Shown here in pieces: positions 27,430-41,364 of a DNA stretch of 64,000 bases. Within the stretch, counting starts at the first letter, position 1. Every line of letters begins with the position of its first letter. Source of the DNA: Eledone cirrhosa. Lineage: Eukaryota. The notes beneath the pieces are model-generated. The model did no database searches, was not told the DNA's origin, and was given only the letters and a program-made list of their open reading frames with translations. The translations under genes were made by a program, and so were the position numbers. The stretch spans positions 5,270,001 through 5,334,000 of the forward strand of contig OZ024765.1 in assembly GCA_964016885.1 (NCBI GenBank). Direction: 5' to 3'.

Positions 27430-30375
27430 TATATATAACATAAAACCCTTACATTGCGAACCCCCTGTTCTAATACTGGGGTTAGTTATTTCCCCCTCTT
27501 CTAATAAACGTCTAATATATAGAGGCCCCTCTTGCTGACGAGGGCAATCAAAGTGTAAACTATCATACGGACCTTTACGTCGCTCTACTTCTCATTGTAC
27601 GCCGTCCAGCCCCTCCACTCCTTATTGTACGCCGTCCAGCCCCTCCACTCCTTATTGTACGCCGTCCAGCCCCTCCACTTCTCATTGTACGCCGTCCAGC
27701 CCCTCCACTCCTTATTGTACGCCGTCCAGTCCCTCCACTCCTTATTGTACGCCGTCCAGCCCCTCTACTTCTCATTGTACGCCGTCCAGCCCCTCCACTC
27801 CTCATTGTACGCCGTCCAGCCCCTCCACTTCTCATTGTACGCCGTCCAGCCCCTCTACTTCTCATTGTACGCCGTCCAGCCCCTCCACTCCTCATTGTAC
27901 GCCGTCCAGCCCCTCTACTTCTCATTGTACGCCGTCCAGCTCCTCCACTCCTTATTGTACGCCGTCCAGCCCCTCCACTTCTCATTGTACGCCGTCCAGC
28001 CCCTCCACTCCTCATTGTACGCCGTCCAGCCCCTCCACTTCTCATTGTACGCCGTCCAGCCCCTCCACTTCTTATTGTACGCCGTCCAGCCCCTCCACTC
28101 CTCATTGTACGCCGTCCAGCCCCTCTACTTCTCATTGTACGCCGTCCAGCCCCTCCACTCCTCATTGTACGCCGTCCAGCCCCTCTACTTCTCATTGTAC
28201 GCCGTCCAGCCCCTCCACTCCTTATTGTACGCCGTCCAGCCCCTCCACTCCTCATTGTACGCCGTCCAGCCCCTCCACTCCTCATTGTACGCCGTCCAGC
28301 CCCTCCACTTCTTATTGTACGCCGTCCAGCCCCTCCACTTCTCATTGTACGCCGTCCAGCCCCTCCACTCCTCATTGTACGCCGTCCAGCCCCTCCACTC
28401 CTCATTGTACGCCGTCCAGCCCCTCCACTTCTTATTGTACGCCGTCCAGCCCCTCCACTCCTCATTGTACGCCGTCCAGCCCCTCTACTTCTCATTGTAC
28501 GCCGTCCAGCCCCTCCACTTCTCATTGTACGCCGTCCAGCCCCTCCACTTCTCATTGTACGCCGTCCAGCCCCTCCACTCCTCATTGTACGCCGTCCAGC
28601 CCCTCCACTTCTCATTGTACGCCGTCCAGCCCCTCCACTCCTTATTGTACGCCGTCCAGCCCCTCCACTTCTCATTGTACGCCGTCCAGCCCCTCCACTC
28701 CTCATTGTACGCCGTCCAGCCCCTCCACTTCTCATTGTACGCCGTCCAGCCCCTCCACTCCTCATTGTACGCCGTCCAGCCCCTCCACTCCTTATTGTAC
28801 GCCGTCCAGCCCCTCCACTCCTTATTGTACGCCGTCCAGCCCCTCCACTTCTCATTGTACGCCGTCCAGCCCCTCCACTCCTCATTGTACGCCGTCCAGC
28901 CCCTCCACTTCTCATTGTACGCCGTCCAGCCCCTCCACTCCTCATTGTACGCCGTCCAGCCCCTCCACTCCTTATTGTACGCCGTCCAGCCCCTCCACTT
29001 CTCATTGTACGCCGTCCAGCCCCTCCACTCCTCATTGTACGCGGTCCAGCCCCTCCACTCCTTATTGTACGCCGTCCAGCCCCTCCACTTCTCATTGTAC
29101 GCCGTCCAGCCCCTCCACTCCTCATTGTACGCCGTCCAGCCCCTCCACTCCTTATTGTACGCCGTCCAGCCCCTCCACTTCTCATTGTACGCCGTCCAGC
29201 CCCTCCACTCCTCATTGTACGCGGTCCAGCCCCTCCACTCCTTATTGTACGCCGTCCAGCCCCTCCACTCCTCATTGTACGCCGTCCAGCCCCTCCACTT
29301 CTCATTGTACGCCGTCCAGCCCCTCCACTCCTTATTGTACGCCGTCCAGCCCCTCCACTCCTTATTGTACGCCGTCCAGCCCCTCCACTCCTTATTGTAC
29401 GCCGTCCAGCCCCTCCACTCCTTATTGTACGCCGTCCAGCCCCTCCACTCCTTATTGTACGCCGTCCAGCCCCTCCACTCCTTATTGTACGCCGTCCAGC
29501 CCCTCCACTCCTTATTGTACGCCGTCCAGCCCCTCCACTCCTTATTGTACGCCGTCCAGCCCCTCCACTCCTCATTGTACGCCGTCCAGCCCCTCCACTT
29601 CTCATTGTACGCCGTCCAGCCCCTCCACTTCTCATTGTACGCCGTCCAGCCCCTCCACTCCTCATTGTACGCCGTCCAGCCCCTCCACTTCTCATTGTAC
29701 GCCGTCCAGCCCCTCCACTTCTCATTGTACGCCGTCCAGCCCCTCCACTCCTTATTGTACGCCGTCCAGCCCCTCCACTTCTCATTGTACGCCGTCCAGC
29801 CCCTCCACTCCTCATTGTACGCCGTCCAGCCCCTCCACTTCTCATTGTACGCCGTCCAGCCCCTCCACTCCTTATTGTACGCCGTCCAGCCCCTCCACTT
29901 CTTATTGTACTCCGTCCAGCCCCTCCACTTCTTATTGTACGCCGTCCAGCCCCTCCACTTCTCATTGTACGCCGTCCAGCCCCTCCACTCCTCATTGTAC
30001 GCGGTCCAGCCCCTCCACTCCTCATTGTACGCGGTCCAGCCCCTCCACTCCCTATTGTACGCCGTCCAGCCCCTCCACTCCTTATTGTACGCCGTCCAGC
30101 CCCTCCACTTCTCATTGTACTCCGTCCAGCCCCTCCACTTCTTATTGTACGCCGTCCAGCCCCTCCACTCCTCATTGTACGCCGTCCAGCCCCTCCACTC
30201 CTCATTGTACGCCGTCCAGCCCCTCCACTCCTCATTGTACGCCGTCCAGCCCCAAGTGCGGCGTATTTCTATTTTTTTCCCTGAAACTGCTTCTTTATAA
30301 TAAACTTTCAATAATATTTTTCAAATTATTAACTTAATAAAATGTGACCCCGGGTGCAACCGGGCTCAGCTGCTA

Positions 30376-30376
<1 letters not shown>
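27430..30376 (+). mobile_element. Helitron-like element probably carrying the 30-bp array (5' boundary uncertain)
   Basis: 3' end cccgg-gtgcaa-ccggg-ctcagctg-CTAG|T at 30349-30377. Confidence 0.6.
27576..30253. repeat. 30-bp GC-rich minisatellite (~89 units)
   Basis: Unit cattgtacgccgtccagcccctccactyct with a few recurrent variants. Confidence 0.97.
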
Positions 30377-30467
<91 letters not shown>

Positions 30468-30597
30468 ATACTTTGGGAGGGTCATGTTGCCAATAAGAAA
30501 CACACGCACCAGTTGCTTTCACTTCAATTTATTATCTATTTATAAATTTCTGGTTGGTTGGTTGGTTGGTTCCACAACCAGATAGTTGTTTATATAT

Positions 30598-30642
30598 AGT
30601 CATAGTCCTTTCGTCACACACTCTGTGACCTCTTCAGTGACT
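30598..30642 (-). ncRNA. Minimal type I hammerhead ribozyme-like motif
   Basis: Minus: agtca-CTGAAGA-g-gtcaca-gagtg-tgtgac-GAAA-ggac-TA-tgact, inside a PLE-pLTR-like piece 30461-30690. Confidence 0.6.
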
Positions 30643-30971
30643 TCAACACACGATTTCAGATAAAGAATCTTGCTTTCAGAAACGAAATATATATATATAT
30701 ATATATATATAAGATCAAAAGATGGTTAAAAGAGTTCCATGTATTTTATTATGCGCATTTCAAAAACAAATATCATTTGCGTTTTCGTCAGATAAAATAG
30801 GGAGACATGACATGAAGGTTAAAACACACTTGTGAATAGTGCAGTTTTAAATCAACATATATATCAACATATATATCTTATATATTATTCATACTCCAGT
30901 CCTACAAACTGTAGAGTGCTTCTTATCCGATATCTGCATTGCTTTATTGTACTACAATAAAACTCACCTCC

Positions 30972-31032
<61 letters not shown>

Positions 31033-31038
<6 letters not shown>

Positions 31039-31416
31039 AGATCAAAAGATGGTTAAAGGAGTTCCATGTATTTTATTATGCGCATTTCAAAAACAAACAT
31101 CATCATGCAATAATATTTGTGTTTTCATCAGATAAAACAGGAGAACATGATATGGAGGCTAAAATATGTTGATTTAAAACTGCACTATCCACAAGTGTTT
31201 TTTAGCCTCCATATCATGTTCTCCTGTTTTATCTGATGAAAACACAAATATTATTGCATGATGATGTTTGTTTTTGAAATGCGCATAATAAAATACATGG
31301 AACTCCTTTAACCATCTTTTGATCTTATATTATGTATACTCCAGTCATACAAACTGTAGAGTGCTTCTTATCCGATATCTGCATTGCTTTATTGTACTAC
31401 AATAAAACTCACCTCC

Positions 31417-31420
<4 letters not shown>
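31033..31420. mobile_element. Fold-back mini-element family D with hammerhead at 31225-31295
   Basis: Near-perfect arms; ttttat-CTGATGA-...-GAAA-tgcgca-TA-ataaaa. Confidence 0.75.
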
Positions 31421-31459
<39 letters not shown>

Positions 31460-31952
31460 CAGAGTTTTATAGCTTGCTTGAACCATTGTTGAATAGGAAA
31501 CACAAATTTAAATAATTTGAGAACCAAACAATGGACTAGGAAGAAAATTAAAATTGCTAAGATAACAAAAAAAAATTCATACCTTAACAAATTTATTGAT
31601 CCCGTTATCAAGGTAGTATCCCTATGAGAGACTTAAAGGGTCCTTAAAGTCTCTCATAGTGCATTGTTTGGTTTTCAAAATTATTTAAATTTGTGTTTTA
31701 TATATATATATATATATACACATATATTTATGTCTATATTTATACACACACACACACACACACACACTCTCACACTCACACACACACTCACACACACACA
31801 CACACACACACTCACACTCACACTCACACACACACTCACACACACACTCACTCTCACACTCACACACACACTCACACACACACACACACTCACTCTCACA
31901 CTCACACACACTCACTCTCACACTCACACACACACTCACACACACACACACA

Positions 31953-31989
<37 letters not shown>

Positions 31990-32038
31990 TCACACTCACA
32001 CAAACACTCACTCACACACACACTCACACACACACACA

Positions 32039-32076
<38 letters not shown>

Positions 32077-32086
32077 CACACACACA

Positions 32087-32121
<35 letters not shown>

Positions 32122-32178
32122 TCTCTCACACACACACTCTCACTCACACACACACACACACACACAAACTCACACACA

Positions 32179-32217
<39 letters not shown>

Positions 32218-32243
32218 ACACACACACACACACACATATATAC

Positions 32244-32319
32244 ACACATGGTGTCACAAAAAATGTATATACACTTTGATTAGAATGCTGTTGAATTGTA
32301 TATACATTTTTAGGACACC

Positions 32320-32323
<4 letters not shown>
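32244..32323. mobile_element. Tiny Tc1/mariner-type MITE
   Basis: Imperfect TIRs ggtgtcacaaaaaatgtatatac / gtatatacatttttaggacaccctgta in TA context. Confidence 0.5.
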
Positions 32324-32353
<30 letters not shown>

Positions 32354-32404
32354 TGTGTGTGTGTGTATTTATATAGATATATATGTGTGTGTGTGTGTGT
32401 GTGT

Positions 32405-33505
32405 ATAGTGTTTCCTGATAGACAGAGCCCTACATGTTGTAGTCGAAAGAGTAGAATCAAGCCCTGTCAAAGTCAGCAGTGGCGCCCCGCAAGGCTCTGT
32501 GTTGGGCCCACTTCTCTTCATCATCTACATTAATGACATTACTGACATCATCAAGCACAGCAACGTAAGAACCTTTGCAGCTGATCCCAAGCTCCAAAGG
32601 GTCATCAATGAGGTGGGTGACCGGACTTGCCTTCAGTCAGACCTACTGGCTGTTATCCAATGGGCAGAGAAGAACAATATGCTGTCGAATGAGGATAAGT
32701 TCGAGTTAATCCACTTTGGAAATAAAGGATGCCCTGAAACTCCCATACTCTCTTCCTTCAGGTGAAACTCTCGTGGCATCCAACAACATCAGACTTGGGA
32801 GTAATTGTGGACAACAACATAAGCTGGGCCACTCATATAAATAGCAAAGTTGACATGACCCGCAGAATGTGTTCTTGGATTCTCAGAACTTTCCAGTCGA
32901 GAGATATCCACACTGTTGTCCTTCTCTTTTCCTCTTTTGCCCGACCCCACCTTGAATACTGTTGTCCACTGTGGTCTCCCCACACGAAACAAAGTATAAT
33001 CAAAGTTGAAGCATCTCAAAGGTCAATTACAAAAAAGATAGATGGCATGTCAGGCCTTGACTATTGGAGTCGATTAGAAAAGCTCAACCTTTATTCTCTC
33101 CAACGTCGCCGTGAGCGCTACATTATCTGCATGATGTAGAAAATATTACATCAGCTTTGCCCAAATGATGTTGGCATCACCTTTAAGGTACACACAAGGC
33201 TTGGGCCCCGTGCTATCCGCCCACGACAAAAATCTCACTCGCATCTCATAACAACAATACAGCACAATTATTTCATCTCAATTGACCCCGCTCTTTTTAA
33301 TAGTACACCAAAACACATTAAAACGGAAACAGACCCCATCAAGTTCAAGAAGTCTTTGGACAAATTCCTTCAAGAAATCTCTAAACAATAACTCTTTACT
33401 TGAGTGGGCCATGGTGTCCAAATCCTGATTTGAAATACTTCGCCAGGTGGTGCTATTAAGTTAGACATGGCCTGGGCCAATACTGGCCGAAAGTTTTCAA
33501 AGTTA
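32405..33505 (+). mobile_element. CR1/L2-type LINE, RT-to-3' fragment
   Basis: LGPLLFIIYIND, FAAD(P), DLGVIVD, RPHLEYCCPLWSP, LYSLQRRRER; frameshifts. Confidence 0.85.
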
Positions 33506-33547
33506 TATATATATATATATCCATCTACCTCTCTCTTTGTCTCTCTC

Positions 33548-33599
<52 letters not shown>

Positions 33600-33706
33600 A
33601 AAAGTCAAGTAGGATAAATCACAGAAGAGTTGTTATATATATTAGTTTAACGCTTAATATAGATAGATAGATCTATACAAGCTAGGAACAGCGCCAAACG
33701 TGGAAT

Positions 33707-33738
<32 letters not shown>

Positions 33739-33803
33739 ATAATGTATATATATGTGTATAATGTATATATATATGTATATATAAATGCATACCGAAACCC
33801 CAA

Positions 33804-33892
<89 letters not shown>

Positions 33893-34039
33893 GAAATGCG
33901 TAGAGATGCAACGCAGTATATATACAAACACACATACACACATTTGGTGTAGAAGTGTAAAATAAAAGCTAGACCCGGTACGTTTGAGGGCATTCGGTAA
34001 AGTATTTGGTGATGTTTTTAAAATAGATTGCGGCATATA

Positions 34040-35385
34040 GTGTTGGTGTGTGTTGGTGTATGTGTGTTGGTGTGTGTTGGTGTGTGTGTGTTGGTGTGTG
34101 TGTTGGTGTGTTGGGGTGTGTGTGTTGGTGTGTGTGTGTTGGTGTATGTGTTGGTGTGTGTGTTGGTGTATGTGTTGGTGTGTGTGTTGGTGTATGTGTT
34201 GGTGTGTGTGTTGGTGTGTGTTGGTGTATGTGTTGGTGTGTGTGTTGGTGTATGTGTTGGTGTGTGTGTTGGTGTGTGTTGGTGTGTGTGTGTTGGTGTA
34301 TGTGTTGGTGTGTGTGTGTTGGTGTGAGTTGGTGTGTTGGTGTGTGTGTTGGTGTGTGTGTTGGTGTATGTGTTGGTGTGTGTGTGTTGGTGTGTGTGTT
34401 GGTGTATGTGTTGGTGTGTGTGTTGGTGTGTGTTGGGGTGTGTGTTGGTGTATGTGTTGGTGTGTGTGTTGGTGTATGTGTTGGTGTTGGTGTGAGTTGG
34501 TGTGTTGGTGTGTGTGTTGGTGTATGTGTGTTGGTGTGTTGGTGTGTGTGTTGGTGTGTGTGTTGGTGTGTGTGTTGGTGTGTGTGTGTTGGTGTATGTG
34601 TTGGTGTGTGTGTTGGTGTATGTGTTGGTGTGTGTGTTGGTGTGTGTTGGGGTGTGTGTTGGTGTATGTGTTGGTGTGTGTGTTGGTGTATGTGTTGGTG
34701 TATGTGTTGGTGTGTGTGTTGGTGTATGTGTTGGTGTATGTGTGTTGGTGTGTGTTGGTATGTGTGTGTTGGTGTGTGTGTTGGTGTGTGTGTTGGTGTG
34801 TGTGTTGGTGTGTGTGTGTTGGTGTATGTGTTGGTGTGTGTGTTGGTGTATGTGTTGGTGTGTGTGTTGGTGTATGTGTTGGTGTGTGTGTTGGTGTGTG
34901 TTGGTGTATGTGTTGGTGTGTGTGTTGGTGTATGTGTTGGTGTGTGTGTTGGTGTGTGTTGGTGTGTGTGTGTTGGTGTATGTGTTGGTGTGTGTGTGTT
35001 GGTGTGAGTTGGTGTGTTGGTGTGTGTGTTGGTGTGTGTGTTGGTGTATGTGTTGGTGTGTGTGTGTTGGTGTGTGTGTTGGTGTATGTGTTGGTGTGTG
35101 TGTTGGTGTGTGTTGGGGTGTGTGTTGGTGTATGTGTTGGTGTGTGTGTTGGTGTATGTGTTGGTGTTGGTGTGAGTTGGTGTGTTGGTGTGTGTGTTGG
35201 TGTGTGTTGCTGTGTTGGTGTGTGTTGCTGTGTTGGTGTGTGTGTTGGTGTATGTGTTGGGGTGTCTGTTGGTGTGTGAGTGGGTGTGTGTTGGTGTATG
35301 TGTTCGTGTGTTGGTGTATGTGTTCGTGTGTTGGTGTGTGTTGGTGTATGTGTTCGTGTGTTGGGGTGTGTGTTGGTGTGAGTTG
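34040..35385. repeat. (GTGTGTGTTG)-based degenerate satellite with internal long duplication
   Basis: Direct reading; the rare gtgagttg marker recurs at ~34324/34492 and ~35004/35172. Confidence 0.9.
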
Positions 35386-35576
35386 GGACATGTATATATA
35401 TATACATATATACATGTATATTTATATACATGTATATATATATATATACATGTATATATATGTATATATATATACATCTATACATGTATATATATATACA
35501 TCTATACATGTATATATATACATGTATATATACATATATACATATATATACATACATGTATGTGTGCATGCATATT

Positions 35577-35614
<38 letters not shown>

Positions 35615-35869
35615 ATATATAAGTAGAAGGGATATTTAATTTGTTGAAAATTCAACAAATATAAATGTTTATACCTGATTCAGAGCACTCGACAAATTTC
35701 TGGAGTACAAGATGATATTAAATAAATGGAAACTATATTTATAAAACCATATTTATTCTGTTATATATATTTCAAAGGTACCAAAATTGTGGTACGCTTT
35801 CATCATAAATATGGTTTTATAAATATAGTTTCCATTTATTTAATATCATCTTGTATATCTAAAAGTCTA

Positions 35870-36131
35870 AAGTCTGTCTTAAGCCAGAAGACTCATTTGG
35901 CTACTTATCCCGGTTTCCCGACTGAGAGTACAAGACTCCCCCTGGACAGGACGCCAGTCCATCGCAGGGTTAAACCTCCAGCTATTGCTGGTACTCATTT
36001 TCAGCTGAGTATACTGGAGCAACGTGAAATGAAGTGTCTTGCTCAAGAACACAACACACAACCCAGGAATCGAATCCACGACATTATGATCGTAAGTCCA
36101 ACACCCTTACCACTAGGCCACGTGCCTCCAC
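35870..36131 (-). mobile_element. tRNA-derived SINE with conserved core (Meta/V-SINE-like)
   Basis: A box tggcctagtgg, B box gattcgattcc, ttgagcaagacactt, cctgcgatggactggcgtcctgtccaggg. Confidence 0.7.
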
Positions 36132-36145
36132 ATATCATTGTATAT

Positions 36146-36255
<110 letters not shown>

Positions 36256-36368
36256 GAATGCTCTACGTAGGTTACATTTTTTCATTCTGATGAATAAAAG
36301 CAATTTTGGTTGCGTTCAAGAAACCACTGGTAAATTAAATAATTATCTTATGTTGTTTATTACATAAT

Positions 36369-36425
<57 letters not shown>

Positions 36426-36426
36426 T

Positions 36427-36504
<78 letters not shown>

Positions 36505-36515
36505 CATTTATATAT

Positions 36516-36573
<58 letters not shown>

Positions 36574-36639
36574 ACATGTATATATACATATATATATACA
36601 TACACGTATGTGTGCATGCATATATATATACATATATAT

Positions 36640-36690
<51 letters not shown>

Positions 36691-36693
36691 TAT

Positions 36694-36738
<45 letters not shown>

Positions 36739-36741
36739 TAT

Positions 36742-36818
<77 letters not shown>

Positions 36819-36929
36819 TATATACATTTATATATAGGAATTGTGGTAAGGAATCAGATGGACCATAACGCACCAGAGTACTCAATGCATCGAAACGGCT
36901 TGAGCTCTGCCGTCGGGGTCATACTTTTT

Positions 36930-36966
<37 letters not shown>

Positions 36967-36991
36967 ATAGAGGTGTAACACACGAGTTGTG

Positions 36992-37381
36992 ATATATTGG
37001 TAAAAGGAAAAGAAAATGATGACAAATTGTTCCCAGTGAAAAATAGTTTAATTAGGAATAAGAAAAAATTAGTAATAAGTATTGGTTAGTATTCAGTTTT
37101 AGTTTTAAGTTTTTACCGGTTGCGCATTTCTAATGCTTTTCAAAAATAATTTTGAGATAGAGTGCCCGTGATGTTTGTTCTAATCAGATTAAAGATTAGA
37201 GCAAACATCACGGATGCTCTATCTCAAAATTATTTTTGAAAAGCATTAGAAATGCGCAACCGGTAAAAACTTAAAAATAAAACTGAATACTAACCAATAC
37301 TTATTACTAATCTTTACTTATTCCTAATTAAACTATTTTTCACTGGGAACAATTTGTCAGCATTTTCTTTTCCTTTTACCA

Positions 37382-37387
<6 letters not shown>
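36992..37387. mobile_element. Long fold-back element (~190-bp arms) in (TA)n
   Basis: Arms 36992-37186/37193-37387 with few mismatches; contains GAAAtgcgca like family D. Confidence 0.7.
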
Positions 37388-37414
<27 letters not shown>

Positions 37415-37469
37415 TACATGTATATATACATACATGTATGTCTGCATGCATATTTATGTATACATATGC

Positions 37470-37502
<33 letters not shown>

Positions 37503-37570
37503 CATATATACATGTATATATACATACATGTATGTCTGCATGCATATTTATGTATACATATGCGTGTGTG

Positions 37571-37605
<35 letters not shown>

Positions 37606-37667
37606 ACATATATACATGTATATATACATACATATATGTCTGCATGCATATTTATGTATACATATGC

Positions 37668-37700
<33 letters not shown>

Positions 37701-38334
37701 CATACATACATAAATATGCATGCACACATACATGTATGTATATATGTGTGTACGTTTGTATGTCTGTGAGTGGGTGTATATAGACAGATACATGTGTATG
37801 CATGAATGCTTATTTTGTTGTAATGAATGTATATATACAAAGGAATACATGTATATATAAGTGTGTGGGCATGGGTGTATATAAAGTCAGTCACCACTGT
37901 GGTTATGTGGTTTTGTATGTATGTATGTCATGTGTATAAGGACATATATATATATGTGTGTATATATATATATATATATACATTTATGTATATATAAATA
38001 TATATATATATATATGCATACATTTATATATATATATATATAAATGTATGTATATATATATATACATACATTTATATATATATGTATACATACATTTATA
38101 TATATGTATATATATATATATATACATTTATATATATGTATATATATATATATACATTTATATATATGTATATATGTATATATACATTTATATATATGTA
38201 TATATATATATATATATACATACGTGTGTGTAGAGAGAGAGAGAAAGAGAAAGACGTGTGCATGGTGACGTCATCAGTAAAACTTATTACACCCATCACT
38301 TCTACTGAATATCTTGTGTGGACTGAATAACCTT

Positions 38335-39070
38335 GTTGTTGGTGTGGTGGTGATGGTGATGGTGATGGTGGTGATGGTGGTGATGGTGGTGATGGTGATG
38401 GTGATGGTGGTGGTGGTGATGGTGGTGATGATGGTGATGGTGGTGGTGATGGTGGTGATGGTGATGGTGATGGTGGTGGTGGTGGTGGTGATGGTGGTGA
38501 TGATGGTGATGGTGGCGGTGATGCTGGTGGTGGTGATGGTGGTGGTGGTGGTGGTGATGGTGGTGGTGGTGATGGAGGTTATGTTGGTGGTGGTGGTGGT
38601 GGTAGTGGTGGTGGTGGTGATGGAGGTTATGTTGGTGGTGGTGGTGGTGGTGGTGTAGTGGTGGTAGTGATGATGGTGGTGGTGGTGGTGGTGTGGTGGT
38701 GGTGTGGTGGTGGTGGTGGTGATGGTGGTGGTGGTGGTGGTGGTGATCACGGGGATGGATATCATAATTCATCGCCGCCGCCACCACCACCATCACCATC
38801 CCCACCACAAACACCGTCACCCCCCTATCGCTATCACCACCACCACTACCCCCCTACCCCCCTACCACCTCCAACACCACCGCCCCCGCCATCACCACCA
38901 CCGCCGCCGTCATCACCACTACCACCGTCACTACCACCCACTACCACCGTCACCCCCATCGCCACTACCACCATACCCCCCACTACACCGCCGCCATCAC
39001 CACTACCACTACCACCATTACCACCGTCACTACCACCACTACCCCCACCTCCACACACCACTACCTCCAC
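38335..39070. repeat. (GGT/GAT)n followed by (CAC/CCA)n trinucleotide tracts in inverted arrangement
   Basis: Direct reading; similar tracts at 42142-42612, 42935-43065, 47080-47220. Confidence 0.85.
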
Positions 39071-39195
39071 CCTCACACACCAATCCCGGGGAATCTAAAC
39101 TTTACTTGATAAGTATGTTAGTCTATATAGTAACACAAGTCTGGTTGTACTGTCTGTATGTCACATCAACTCGACACCCTCGTCACAAAAGATTG

Positions 39196-39228
<33 letters not shown>

Positions 39229-39506
39229 ATGTGTATGTATGTGTGTATATATGTGTGTGTGTGTGTGTATGTGTATGTATGTGTGTATATATGTATGTAT
39301 GTGTGTCTGTATGCATGTATGTATGTGTGTCTGTATGCATGTATGTATGTGTGTCTGTATGCATGTATCTATCTATGTATGTATGTGTGTGCATCTATCT
39401 ATGTATGTGTGTGTGTAAATGTATGTTTGTATGTATGTATGTATGTATATGTGTATGTATATATATATAGGAAATGTATGTATGTATATGTGTATGTATA
39501 TATATA

Positions 39507-39872
39507 GGAAAACTCTGATATAACACCTGCAACCCTGATGGTATCCAATGATGTTGACTTTTTCTTCTTTTTGGTAAATATCATCTTGGTTAAGAGAGTG
39601 GGACTGGCTTTGTGCAGTACCTTTGCTCACTATAAAAGCTTCACGGCACAGGCATTGCTTTATATCTGGAGATCTCTCTGCACTTGTCGTCACATGGTAC
39701 CATGGGCCCAGCACTATGTGTCAGTAATTGTCACAAGTGTAGTGTTTGTACCAGAGTTTTCAAGTCGCTGGCTGGACTAAAAAGTCACACTCGTTCAGCG
39801 CAACGGTAGGAGTTCTCCTACATGGATATAAGGTAGTGGCCGTACTCGAAAACGAGTTGGCAGCCACCACCA
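39507..39872 (+). mobile_element. Family F RTE-derived element
   Basis: Near-identical to 22595-22985. Confidence 0.75.
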
Positions 39873-40145
39873 TGTATATATATATATATGTATATATGTA
39901 TGTATGTATGTATGTTCTTCTGGTTTTATAATTTCACAAAGTTTTCCCAATAGAGAGAGAGTCGGTTTCTAACATAGACACAAGACTCTCTCATTGGAAT
40001 TTACACAACATCGACTTGGAAGATATGTCTGTATGTCTGCATGCATCCATGTGTAGATATGGATGTTATTGTATGTGTGTATGTTTTGAGTTGTATGTGT
40101 GCGTGTGTATATGCTTTGTATCTGTACATGTGTATATGCAGTTAT

Positions 40146-40955
40146 TAGATGCAACATTTTTGAACATTTTTACATATTTTTACTGTTCCATTAATGGATT
40201 GTACTTGTAATTTCCTAACTAGTTGTGTTCTTTCTGTTCCTGTAAAGCCCAGCTTCTCAAAATTTGTATTGAGGCAGTTACTAACATACCCCAGTGCCCC
40301 AATAATCACAGGTATAAATCTGAAGCTGTAATCAGGGTGGAGTATCTGCAGATTTCTCATTAATTCAGCATAAATATTCTCCTTTTCGCTAATCTTTGAT
40401 ATTATATTGGCATCTGCTGGGCAGCTAACTTCCACTACTGTGCATGCCTTCTTTTCCCTGTCCCATATCATAATATCTGGTCTGTTATGCTTACATTTTA
40501 TTGGGGTTTTGACTGGAACATTCCACCAGTACTCTTTCACGCAGAGAGTTCCGATGACCAGATATTTCTTAATCGGTTGTAGTATTCCCTGGTTACGTGT
40601 TCCTTATTACAAATACCATTATAGGATATATTCTCATGTATCTGTAGCAGTCCTCATCAGATATCGGTGAAACAGTTAGGCTATTGATAAAAATGTTGCT
40701 AGATGGTGGTTGTAGTTTTCCCCCACTCTACAGTCATATATGAACATTTATCTTGGCCAAACTCCATTCCTATATCCTTTGAGAATGTTATAACCAGGTC
40801 AAGATTTTTCTTCATCCCATTTATGTTCTTGGTATAGAGTTTCAGGTGAGCCACAACGAAATTATGGGTTAAGTTTGTATTTCTGTAAGGGGTTTAATGA
40901 CAGGATAAATAGTAGCACAGAGAGACTGTCTCCTTGAAATCTACCCTTGTGATAT
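40146..40955 (-). mobile_element. R4/Dong-like (restriction-like endonuclease) non-LTR fragments, internally deleted
   Basis: FQGDSLSVLLFILSLNP; FSKDIGMEFGQDKC; HNRPDIMIWDREKKACTVVEVSCP...IPVIIGALG. Confidence 0.75.
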
Positions 40956-40979
40956 TCTATGTATGTATGTATGTATGTA

Positions 40980-41349
40980 GGAGAAGGAAAACTCTGATAT
41001 AACACCTGTAACCCTGATGGTATCCAATGATGTTGACTTGTTCTTTTTTTTTGGTAAATATCATCTTGGTTAAGAGAGTGGGACTGGCTTTGTGCAGTGC
41101 CTTTGCTCACTATAAAAGCTTCACGGCACAGGCATTGCTTTATATCTGGAGATCTCTCTGCACTTGTCGTCACATGGTACCGTGGGCCCAGCACTATGTG
41201 TCAATAATTGTCACAAGTGTAGTTTTGTACCAGAGTTTTCTAGTCGCTGGCTGGACTAAAAAGTCACACTCGTTCAGCGCATCGGTAGGGGTTCTCCTAC
41301 ATGGATATAAAGTAGTGGCCGTACTCGAAAACGAGTTGGCAGCCACCAC
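40980..41349 (+). mobile_element. Family F RTE-derived element
   Basis: Near-identical to 22590-22985. Confidence 0.75.
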
Positions 41350-41364
41350 GTGTGTGTGTGTGTG

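Noticed and set aside
27575-30311. 886/901/608-aa repetitive ORFs (RSGGAGRRTM, YAVQPLHSLL, WRGWTAYNEE)
   Set aside because: A 30-bp unit is open in several frames by construction; there is no unique N- or C-terminal domain or splice context, and a Helitron-like end follows.
35870-36131. tRNA genes suggested by A/B boxes
   Set aside because: They are SINE heads with no complete cloverleaf.
38274-39100. Poly-His/Thr/Pro ORFs (also 42011-42716 and 1323-1808)
   Set aside because: Trinucleotide simple repeats with no gene structure.
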